64,000 nt of DNA, taken from assembly GCA_009103225.1 (NCBI GenBank), contig RHPI01003009.1, forward strand, positions 369,004-433,003. The letters are read 5' to 3'. Positions within the stretch are counted from its first letter, which is position 1. Each line of letters starts with the position of its first letter. The notes under the pieces were generated by a model, which worked only from the letters and a program-made list of their open reading frames with translations, did no database searches and was not told the origin of the DNA. The position numbers and the translations under genes were made by a program. The DNA comes from Chlorokybus atmophyticus. Taxonomy: Eukaryota > Plantae > Mesostigma and Chlorokybus algae. Positions 1-10,632 of this stretch are shown one piece after another.

Positions 1-17
1 ATACTCGCGGAGGGTCT

Positions 18-3000
18 GTGTTGAAGCAATTCAGCAAGCGTGAAACAAGGACAGTACGATTGTCAGCCATATTGATCAACCCTCGCATTAGTCACGGACT
101 CTTGGCTACATTTCAAGGACGGGTGGTACCTCTGTTGTGGACATTTAGTGGCACAATGCAAGGTGTAAACAGTTCGTTCTTGATTGACACTGGTGCAACA
201 CACAACTTCGTTGAGGAACAATGGGTTGTGCGCAACAAGATAGCGTGTAAACCCTCAGCATTTTCAGCTGCCGGTGCGGGGGGTGCGTTGCCAGTGAAAG
301 GGGAAATAAAAATGAAAGTAAAGATTGGTAATTATCATGCCACTCTTACTTTCATAGTGGTATCCATCGACATATCAGGTGTTGATGTGGTATTAGGACA
401 GGAATGGCAGGAAAATGTCAAAATGACATTGGATACTGGCGCACGCTTGTGCACAGTACAGAAAGGTCGTAAGCGTGTAACATTGTCTGTGAAAGGGTCA
501 CATAGCTTGGACCACAAGCAGACCGACCCTGCGCTACTCACTGCACTGCAAGTGAAACGTGCGTTGCGCAAAAATACACCGGCTTTTTTGGTACATTTGA
601 CGTCGTCGGACGACTTTGTGCCGGGAAATACAGAAGGTGTTGCAGACATCATTAAGGAGTATCAAGATGTGTTCTCAGATAAGTTGCCAGGCTTACCTCC
701 TGATCGAGGTGTCGGACACACAATATCACTCATTCCTGATAGTGAGCCTCCGTTTCGGCCTATATATAGGCTGAGCCCCCGAGAGAGGGGGGAAATGGAA
801 ACTCAAATCAAAGAGTTATTGGAAAAGGGATTGATTGAACCGAGTTCTTCACCCTTTGGCGCGCCTATCTTGTTTGTGATGAAAAAGAATGGAAAGCTGC
901 GCATGTGTGTGGATTACCGTGCTTTGAACAAGATTACGGTAAAAAATCGATACCCGCTGCCCCGGATTGATGATGTGTTTGATAAACTGTCGGGAAATGC
1001 GTACTTTAGTACGTTGGACTTGACAAGTGGGTATCATCAAATCCGGATTCATCCTTCTGATGTTTACAAGACAGCATTCAGAACACCTTCNAAAAATGTC
1101 AGAATGACATTGGATACTGGCGCACGCTTGTGCACAGTACAGAAAGGTCGTAAGCGTGTAACATTGTCTGTGAAAGGGTCACATAGCTTGGACCACAAGC
1201 AGACCGACCCTGCGCTACTCACTGCACTGCAAGTGAAACGTGCGTTGCGCAAAAATACACCGGCTTTTCTGGTACACTTGACGTCGTCGGACGACTTTGT
1301 GCCGAGAAATACAGAAGGTGTTGCAGACATCATTGAGGAGTATCAAGATGTGTTCTCAGATAAGTTGCCAGGCTTACCTCCTGATCGAGGTGTCGGACAC
1401 ACAATATCACTCATTCCTGATAGTGAGCCTCCGTTTCGGCCTATATATAGGCTGAGCCCCCGAGAGAGGGGGGAAATGGAAACTCAAATCAAAGAGTTAT
1501 TGGAAAAGGGATTGATTGAACCGAGTTCTTCACCCTTTGGCGCGCCCATCTTGTTTGTGATGAAAAAGAATGGAAAGCTGCGCATGTGTGTGGATTACCG
1601 TGCTTTGAACAAGATCACGGTAAAGAATCGATACCCGTTGCCCCGGATTGATGATGTGTTTGATAAACTGTCGGGAAATGCGTACTTTAGTACGTTGGAC
1701 TTGACAAGTGGGTATCATCAAATCCGGATTCATCCTTCTGATGTTTACAAGACAGCATTCAGAACACCTTCGGGCCATTATCAATACAAAGTGTTACCTT
1801 TTGGATTGACTAATGCGCCCGCAGTGTTTCAGAAGGAAATGAATAAGATTTTTGGTGGCATACTTGGCAAGTATGTTATGGTTTACTTGGATGACATCAT
1901 TGTCTTTAGTAAAACCAAGGAAGAGCATAAGCAGCACTTGGAAGCGGTGTTCGCCTTGCTGCGTACACATCGCTTGTTTGCCAATCTTGCGAAGTGTGAC
2001 TTCTGCAAGACGGAGTTGCCATTCTTGGGGCACATTGTGAGCGGTGCGGGTGTGAAACCTGACCCTCGCAAAGTGCAAGTTGTAAAGGATTGGCCTCAAC
2101 CTAAGAATATCCATCAGCTGCGATCATTCTCGGGATTGGCAAACTACTTTCGCAAGTTTATGATGGGGTACTCCACAGTAGTGGTGCCGTTAACAAAATT
2201 GTTGCGAAAAGATGCTCCATTCTTATGGACAGCTGAACAAGAAGCTGCTATGCAACAGGTGAAGCTAACTTTGACTTCTGCTCCAGTGTTGGCATTGCCA
2301 AACTGGGACAAGCATTTCACTGTAGTTAGCGATGCGTCCACCCTTGGGTGTGGTGCAGTACTGTTGCAAGATGGCAGACCATGTGCTTATGTGAGTAGGA
2401 AGTTCATCCCAGCAGAGGTGAATTACACTACCACCGAGCAAGAGTTGCTTGGTATAGTACACGCTCTGGAAACATGGCGATGTTACTTGGAGGGGGTTCA
2501 GTTCACAGTGGTGACTGATCATAATCCATTGGTGTATTTCTCAACACAGCAAAACTTGTCACGAAGGCAAGCCCGCTGGAATGAGTTTCTGTCTCGGTTT
2601 ACCTTTGAGTGGGTATACCGGCTAGGCAGAACCAATGTTGCTGATCCTCTGAGTCGCTGTCCATCATTGTTGGCAGCTATGCGTGCGCAATTGCTTGCGA
2701 CGCGCGATACATTGCCACCGGATGATGAGTTTGTGCAAGCTGTTGTGCAAGGGTATGCTTTTGACCCATGGTTCTCGTCAGAGGACAACGTGCAAAAGCT
2801 GAGCAAACGAGACAACTTGTATTATGTGGGCACCAGCTTGGTAATACCTGACCATGCTGGATTGCGTGCGAAATGCATAGCTGATGTACACGATCCACCG
2901 TACGCTGGGCACTTTGGCAGTCGCAAGACTGTTAAAACAGCGCAACAGTTGTATTGGTGGCCATCGTTGCCTGTTGACGCAAAACGGTATGCGGACACGT

Positions 3001-4160
3001 GTGACAAATGTCAGCGTGATAAGCCGTTACGTCAAAAACCTGCTGGTTTGCTGCGACCATTGCCTATTCCTGATGGCAAATGGGAAAGTGTGAGTATGGA
3101 CTTAATTACTGAGCTCCCAGAGACAGCATTAGGTCACACTGCGGTTGCAGTTTTTGTGGATCGTTTGACAAAAATGGTCCACATTGTCCCTTGTCACACG
3201 GAGATAGGCTCCTGTGAGTTGGCGATGGTTTTTGTCGCGTCTGTGTTCAAGTTGCATGGCTTGCCCCGCAACTTCGTGTCAGATCGCGATTCGCGATTTG
3301 TGGCTCAGTTTTGGAAGTCGCTATGCAGCTTCTTACACATTCAGCAGAACATGAGCACTGCTTACCATCCACAAACGGATGGTCAGACAGAACGCGCCAA
3401 TCAAGTGATTGAGGAAACCATCCGGCATGATGTGAACCCGAATCAGAATGATTGGGATATTTATCTCCCAATGGCTGAGTTTGCGATCAATAATGCATGG
3501 CAAGAGAGTGTGCAGGAGACTCCGTTCTTCTTGAATTACGGAGTGCATCCACTGAGTCCTGCGAACATTAAGTTGCCCGCTACTGACGTGACTCGCGTAC
3601 CTGCAGCGCGCGAGATGGCTTCGGCCATGCAGGATAGGTTAGCGTTGGCAAAAGACTGTCTGCGCGCAGCGCAAGACAGACAAAAAGCCCAAGCTGATGC
3701 GCATCGTAGAGAGGCCAACTACGATGTGGGCTGTTCGGTGCTTTTAAGTACCAAAAATGTATCCATCAAGGGAGTGGGTACCCGCAAGTTTTTCCCTCGC
3801 TGGATAGGCCCTTTCAAAGTGACTGATCGGGTCGGCACTCACGCGTATCGTTTGGACTTGCCAAAGTCGATACGCATTCACAATGTGTTTCACGTGAGTG
3901 TACTGAAACCATACCGTTCTGACGGTCGGGTTCAACCTCCTCCACCCCCCGTTGCAGTGGATGGCGACGATACTTTCGAGTATGAGGTGGAAGCAATCCT
4001 GAGTCACCGTAAGCCTCGACGCGGACGCGCGCCGTCTTACTTGGTGAAATGGAAAGGGTATGGTGTTGAGCACAACACGTGGGAGCCCGAAAGGAATCTT
4101 ACCAACTGCCAAGAGATTCTTCGGGGGTACTGGAGTGCTGTGTCCACACGCGGACGGTAA
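18..4160 (+). mobile_element. Ty3/gypsy chromovirus pol polyprotein (protease-RT-RNaseH-integrase-chromodomain); gag lies upstream of the window
   Basis: Motifs in gypsy order: protease FLIDTGA, RT YLDD, RNaseH DAS...EQELL...TDH, integrase HHCC (HDPPYAGH...CDKC), D,D-35-E core, WIGPF (GPY/F), and C-terminal chromodomain YEVEAIL...YLVKWKGY...NTWEP. Includes an in-frame 681-bp duplication across a single N at 1091. Confidence 0.97.
411..1771 (+). repeat. Tandem direct duplication (411-1090 vs 1092-1771) separated by a single N; probable assembly join of two element copies
   Basis: Same sequence at offset 681 with roughly ten substitutions; the N sits exactly at the junction. Confidence 0.9.
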
Positions 4161-4270
4161 AAGGGTGCTGGCAGACATCTTTACCGCTTCGGCCCTGGTT
4201 CTCTCACTGCTTTGTTTCTCGGTGCTCATGGTGGGGCTTTGCTAACCCTTCAATGAGGACATTAAAACCT

Positions 4271-4283
4271 AAGTGGGGGGGAA
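4271..4283 (+). other. Polypurine tract (PPT) of the chromovirus
   Basis: aagtgggggggaa directly before the LTR start, about 110 nt after the pol stop codon. Confidence 0.8.
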
Positions 4284-4622
4284 TATAACGGAGTGCTACC
4301 TCTATAAAGGTTCCCCGCCCTTATTTAGGATTAAATAAGGGTCCCAACGGGTATATACAGCCAATTAAGCCGTATTAGGGCCGTTAACCTAGTGTTAAGG
4401 CCCTAATGTAGTGTTACTTAACTGTAACACTGATATCGACATGAGACATGAGTCTCATGTCGATATCAGCTGTATGGCGGCACTGCTAACGCAGCAGCCG
4501 CCATAGCCAGGGAATCTTCTGCTTCGGCAGTTGCCCCTGGCGGCGGCGGTGTGGTCGGCGTGGCTGGTGGTGGTGTTGGGGTAGGGGATTAAAGGGAGGA
4601 GGTAGCACCCCCTCTCCTTACA
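4284..4622 (+). mobile_element. 3' LTR of the chromovirus (~339 bp, hairpin-rich)
   Basis: Starts right after the PPT with TATAAC (probably mutated TGTAAC) and ends CCTTACA, giving T(G/A)TAA...TTACA termini. The 5' LTR is outside the window, so the right boundary is inferred. Confidence 0.75.
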
Positions 4623-4629
4623 GGCGTTG

Positions 4630-6689
4630 CTGGTGCCAGCCTGGCTCGTTTTGGCTTTGTACGCTGGGCCAAGCTGGTGTTCCCTAAGGAATTACACAAG
4701 TCTAGCTGTAGGAAATAGCAATGGCAGCAGTCACACAAGACTGCATGCACAGTAACCTCATGACCAGCTTGGTAACATACTGATTAAGCATGTTGCGGCA
4801 TGTGACTTGACATTGTCTTGATCCACCTCTGCAACAGCAGTCCCCAGGCTGCAGCTGTTACAACTGTGAGTCAACCGTGTGTTGTTTGCCATGCAGTTGT
4901 GTAAATTTTGCACTGCTGTACCTAGATGATGGTGCTAATGCCGGGATCTGTTGCGCCCTGCGCACCGGCCTTCGAGCTGCACACGTTATATTTCACCATA
5001 GAATTAGACATTCGTCCTTTCTGCTTCTGCGTGCATAGTCGTGCGCGCACACATGTTAAAGCATGCAGCACAAGTGTGCAACCATGCCTTTGTCTGTAGC
5101 AAACAATGTCTGCTACCAGCTGGCAACTGGACCTCTGCATGCCATGCGCAAAGCATTACCATACACAGTTCCCGCAGTGCCCTTCGCGTCACTTGCCCCT
5201 TATAATGCATGTCCCACCTCTGCTGCTTCCTCATCCTCAGTGGCAAAATCTCCAGGGAAGTTCAACTGGTTTGTCACAGCCTGATCGCCATCTCTCTCCA
5301 GCAGCGCCTGTGGCACTGCATGTTTACAATGATCATGCGTGCAGTCATATGCGCGTTCGCGCACGCTAATTGCAGATAACAGTGTGCGTGCGTGTAGATG
5401 TGTGCATGGGTGCATGGGTGCGTGTGCGCATTGTTTATTGACAAGCTTTCGTGCAGACAGGTGTGCATGCATAAGAACTGACCTTGTAATAAGCTTGGGC
5501 AGCTTGGATCTGTGAGCAATGAAGGCCAAGGAAGCGGCGGCCTCTGACAGGAAGTTGAGTGGCAGCGCCCCATGGCTTATGCAAGCTCCTATAGCCATAG
5601 TAGTGGACGCTCTTGTACTTTGAGCTGTGTTTGTAGGTACTGTGCGCACCTGCTCCATTGTGATGTGTTTAATGTGTCAGCATTCCCTCACTACATCAGG
5701 CGTGAGAGTGCATGCTCACCGTCTTGTGTGAAATGGCTATGGGTTGCATTTAAAATAACCGCCGAATTGATGGCGTGGCATCCCCTGTGCGCGTACTACG
5801 TTTGTTGCTGCTGCACCTTGGGTGCACTGTGTGTGGTTTGGTGACCAGCCTCGCTTGTCTTGTTAGAAGCATTGATGGTGCAGGCTTCCTTGCAGCTCTG
5901 TTGGGATGGTCTTTGGGGGGTTGCAACAGGTGTGTCCAGGCGACTGCATTGCGTGTACAAGTGAAGCGAGGACTCTTATCTCTTGTGCAAAGCTAGCGAC
6001 ATGCAATCAACTCACCGCGACACTGGTTCTGGCTGCACCCTAGCTGGTGTTTGAGGCGACTGGCCTTCAGCGCTTATAGGAGCGGCTTCTGTTGGATTTC
6101 GTCTCTTGCGCTTTAACCCTGCAACTGCAGAAAACAGACAATGTCACACAAACCTTTAGTGTTCAACCAACCAATCAAGGCTTACAACGTCACATGCAGT
6201 AGCTGAGCTAGTAATAACTTGTGCTCCAGCGGGAAGTACGGAGGGAAGCGCCCTGTACTTCCTTGACGAATATGACATCGTCATTATCACTGTCAAGCTT
6301 GCCATCAACAGAACCATAAAGGTTGTCATCCTCCATTGCGCTTACTTTTATGACTGCTACTGAGGCACGATCACAGTGTCCGAATGTTCTCAGGATATTT
6401 TCTTTGATTTATGGCAGCATGCAAACCCTTTTTTTCCACCGATGCCTGCCAGTGGCACACCAAACAGCATTCAATTCACTGCATCCCGCACTTTATCCTT
6501 GCAACGTGACGGTAGTTGAGGGCTTACCTTGTCATTGGCTAGGGCAGCTTCCTGCTCTTTTGCAAAGCAATCAAGATAATCATGACGACGGCCGCCTATG
6601 TATATTCTGGCCGCCCAATGTCTCGAAGCCGGGGCATGTTTGGCAAAGAAGCTGACGCCCCTATACTTGTTGGAACTTGTGGGTGCCAT
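4630..6689 (-). pseudogene. Decayed multi-exon AP2/ERF-domain transcription factor gene (one recognisable AP2 domain plus AP2-like remnants)
   Basis: Exon 6528-6689 reads MAPTSSNKYRGVSF...HWAARIYIGGRRHDYLDCFAKEQEAALANDK. After a GT-AG intron (6446-6527) it continues ASVEKKGLHAAIN, then a frameshift near 6406 gives a stop at 6371. Downstream exons include RALLERDGDQAVTNQLNFP and a GR.A...HLGT remnant with an in-frame stop. Confidence 0.7.
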
Positions 6690-7183
6690 GGGTTGGTGTG
6701 CATGCTATTGGCGTCCAACCATGCTTGCCAATCGGTGTGTGCACAAGACAAAGCTGTCTGCAAGTGTGCTCACTCACTGAAGGCCATCGTAGGCCTGCTT
6801 TGGGTACAAAAAACAGATAGCGTTTTCGAGATCTACAGCGCTAATCTGCCTGCACACGATCAGTGACCTCTAAATGACCTGCATTTGTAGGGCACACGCC
6901 ATGTATCATGTACACGCTTAGGCAACAATCCTACGAGCTTGGACCAAGGCACGCAATGGTGAGGCATGATGTTTAAACATCACGACAGCAAATTTGCGGT
7001 CGTGAAACGATGTGCAAGCCTGCATGCACTGCTAGCACTTGCCTTGCAGCTGCGTTGACATATCAACGACTGCATGCAAGCAACCTGCACGCCAGTATGT
7101 CAAGTGTATGATAAGAGAACGCTGAGTTCGTGGGCTATCACTACATCACACCAGCGCTACCGACATTCAGTGTCAAGTGCCGT

Positions 7184-9458
7184 TTAAAAGAATAGGATGC
7201 AACGTGGAGCCAGCTCAAGCACATTATGGATAAGTTTACATTTTGCAAGTCTATCTGTAATATGCAGCTCCTCGAAGTCTCTTAGAATTGCCATGCAAAC
7301 CTGTAAGACTGAAGCCGATGCTGCAGGCTCCAAGCAACACGACAGGCTCATTGTGCATGGGCCTGTAGTGTTGTTGCTTTTTGACTTGGCATGCATCCTC
7401 AACACTACATTGTCAACTTGAACGACCGACTGGCCCAGCAAGCAAGCAACTAGCATGACACGTAATGTCACCTGTCCGCGGCATTGTCCTGCAAAGCCAC
7501 CGACTCTGCGCAGCAAGGCACAGTCAAGCTAAGCCTGGGCAGCTTGTGTACTTTTGCTTGGGCAAAGCCAAGCTCAGCAGGGCGTAGCTGCGCCCATCCG
7601 TCCCCCGCAGCCGCGACATTGCCCAGGCCAGCTTGCCTACTGTGCATGCAGGCCTGCCTGGGCTGCAATAGTACTGCAAGCTGTTGCGTCGTACTCAGCG
7701 TTGGCAGTGGCGCTGCTGCCGACAACGCCGACTAAACTGGTGCTAAAATGTCGGCCATCTAGTGTCTTGAAGCGCTCTGTGCCACCGCGGCGGGTGGCGC
7801 AGCCGGGCATCGCAAGGTGCGAAAAGCAAAGCCGCGAAACTGCTGGTGCCCGCTGGGGTGACAGCGCAGTGGCCACAGCCGGGCATCACCATTCTCCAGC
7901 CGCTATACATACAGCGGCCTGCCTCCTCCTCGTCCTCGTCCTCCTCCTCCTCCTCCTTGTCCTTGCTGCCAACTGCTTGGAATTGCAGGGGGTTACTGCG
8001 ACCTGTAAGCGTGTGTCAGTCGATACTGGTGCTTGCCATGATGGCCGCGGCAGCAGTCTTTGATCTTATGCTGCTACCACCAAGGCTGCTACCTCTTCTC
8101 CGGCTCACAGGGCGCTTTGTTGCGATTGTGCTTGCGGCTGCTTGCTGATCGTTGCTGTTGATGCTGCTATGAATACTTTGAGCACGCTTGACGTGAATGG
8201 CGCGTGATTGTGATCCGCATCCGCAAAGTGCTGTTGGGACTTCTTGCAGGCATTGCAGCACTGTGTGAGGTGTCTGAGATTTGGCAACACTGTTGACATG
8301 CATTGCACAGCACACTGTTGTCACCACCTTTTTTTGCCGACAGAGCGTAACGAACTCACCAATTAAATATGCGCCAGTCCTTTGACGTAACGAGCTGCGC
8401 GTCGACTGTGCACACCAGCACGAAGCAACATACCTCGACTTATCAGCACCTATGGACAGTCTGTGACGAAGTGAAAGAACTCCAGCAGCCCAATGAGCAT
8501 GACCGAAACGACTGCTCATCCTGCATAGATTGCGCTCAAGACTGCAACTGCCCAACATGCAACTGTGAGGTCACCCTCGAGGCCGACAACTTCATATTTA
8601 ACACACTCACCAATGACCAGACCGACATCGCTGCTGTCGCTGCCAATGACATCCTGAAGACCAACGACATCATCATCACGTAGCGCCACCCCTTGCGCCA
8701 GCAAGAACACTTAAAGCAGTTTGCCTCCAGCCTCGGGGGCCTCACTGAGTGGGTCAGTTCCGGACCAGAAACTGTGGAGTGCAAAGTTCTGCGGGCCAAA
8801 GGTCAACGCAAAGGCAAGGAGCGTGTCACCTGATAAGCTTGTGCGACCGAAGGCACAGTGGCTCAGGAGAAGTTGCATGTCGAGCGTGTTGGGCAGGACA
8901 GCGTTCTGTTGCTGTTGTATGTGGGTGTGATATATATACATATACGTGCACATCGCAGGGAGACACTACTGTTGTATCCTTGTTGTGACTAATGCATCAA
9001 CATCTTGTTGATGATTGCATCTTACTTGGTTGTGCGGCACTTCACAGCCATTGTGAAACTGCAAGTAAAGTGACATCGCTAACTCCGCCTACAGGCACCA
9101 ATATGGTACGTTTGTGTGTTGCTTGGTGCGTAGGCTTCACATCCACACACCAAGAAATGCAGTCGCATTTACAGCATTAGGAAGCAAAGTTTGTCGTTTG
9201 TTTGCGTTGTGTTGCGCAATATTGCTGTCGTGCATGGATGCATACGAGAAATGCAATGCGCTGATGAAAGCATGCACGCAACCATGTGTGTGCATGTTTA
9301 TGTCTGCGTTGTTATGCCCATGCATATGACAGTGCAAAAACGCACATGCAAATCCACGTAAAAATTCAATGCCGCAACCAACCGCTATGTGACCAAGTAC
9401 AACAGAGTCAATAATGAGCGGCGTGCAGAATCCAAAGCCTGTCACGCCGCAAGAATGC
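7184..9458 (-). pseudogene. Decayed multi-exon gene relic of unknown family
   Basis: Exon-like blocks with GT/AG borders, e.g. GDTLLAFALTFGPQNF...GKLL*VFLLAQG (in-frame TAA) and an acidic DKEEEEEDEDEEE tract, with several stops; abuts the mini-LTR at 9459. No family recognised. Confidence 0.3.
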
Positions 9459-9573
9459 TGTAATCTAGCTTAGGACATCATACTCTAGATTCTCGCTAGT
9501 ACACAAGCAAAGGTAGAAACCGTCGCGCACAATGTGTGTGCAACAAGCTACAATACAATTGTCCCCCCCTTTT
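9459..9573 (-). mobile_element. Very short (99-bp) LTR with adjacent PPT, TRIM-like
   Basis: 9459-9557 has TGTAAT...AATACA termini; on the minus strand it is preceded by the purine run aaaagggggggacaat (9558-9573). Confidence 0.5.
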
Positions 9574-9621
9574 GGTGGCATACTTGGCAAGTATGTTATG
9601 GTTTACTTGGATGACATTATT
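9570..9621 (+). mobile_element. 52-bp fragment of the chromovirus RT (FGGILGKYVMVYLDDII)
   Basis: Matches 1850-1901 with one mismatch and ends at the single N at 9622. Confidence 0.85.
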
Positions 9622-9622
9622 N

Positions 9623-10506
9623 ATGCACATGTGCGCGCACATACACACGCAACAAGACATGCACATATGCTCCCATGCGCACGCGCATGCTAGCAAACTG
9701 ATATATCAACCAGTGCTATGCGTACCCATCTAGAGGAGGCGGTGGCACCAGTGCTGGCTGTAAAGATTGTTCAAGGAGAACTTGGGACACACTGCGGTCA
9801 TAACCGGGCACATCGCTTATGCTCCAACTGCCATTGAACTTATTCATAAACCCAGCTTGTTGCAGCCAAAACTTCAACGTGTAATTTGTCTTGTCCTGAT
9901 CGACAAGAAGCTTGACATCAAAGGTGCCTGCGTGTTGAAAGCACACAATTGTTTAGGCAACACACACAGGATTCCCCATCAAAGCTACACTGCCATGTAA
10001 CCCACACAACCAAATCAACAAGAAGCGCTCATCAACACACGCTCACCACTGAATACGAGAAACTTCCAGCGTGCAACCTGGCTGATTTCGTACACTTCAT
10101 GATCGGGACCTTTCTTCTCAAGCAACCTTCGGTATTTCACTCCAACAATGTTCTTGAACACTTGGCGGTTATTCGGGTCAACAAGGATTTCAAAGACTTT
10201 ATCCTGTGGAGGCACGGCAGCACTCACTACCATATTGCCGTGGGATGCTGTGCAGAACAATGTGTGCATTGGAATCTCGTACCTTGTCAAGTGCAACATG
10301 GAAGTCAGCCTCCACATGAGCGAAAGTCCCCTTTGAGTGCGACACCTAAGTAGTCAGAACCAAAGAGCATGTAAGCAACCAGTGCGTGTGCCCAGGGCGT
10401 GCTTCTTGTCCTTGGTTGTAATGCGTTATACGTCCATGAAAGCAACAGTCTATATGCAGAGGTGCTATAAAACACATTGATCCTGAGGACGAGATCGGTG
10501 TTTCTT
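9623..10506 (-). repeat. 884-bp duplicate of internal exons and introns of the SRPBCC gene (copy of 16018-16901)
   Basis: Identical ORF translations at offset 6395; begins at the N at 9622 and diverges after TTTCTT at 10506. Confidence 0.92.
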
Positions 10507-10632
10507 CCCCTCCCCCTCATTATGCATGGGGTGCACCCCATTTATACTGAAAACCACGAGGCAATGCAGCCCCAAGCAAGCACCCACTCCAGCTGCCGTG
10601 TCGACACTTGCGCCTGTAAGTAGACAGTTGAG

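Noticed and set aside
335-4288. Antisense and alternative-frame ORFs overlapping pol
   Set aside because: Shadow ORFs of the long pol frame with no independent motifs.
4430-4470. Hammerhead ribozyme/retrozyme in the LTR (CTGAT at the hairpin start)
   Set aside because: The sequence is CTGATATC, not CUGANGA, and no properly placed GAAA…UH core was found on either strand.
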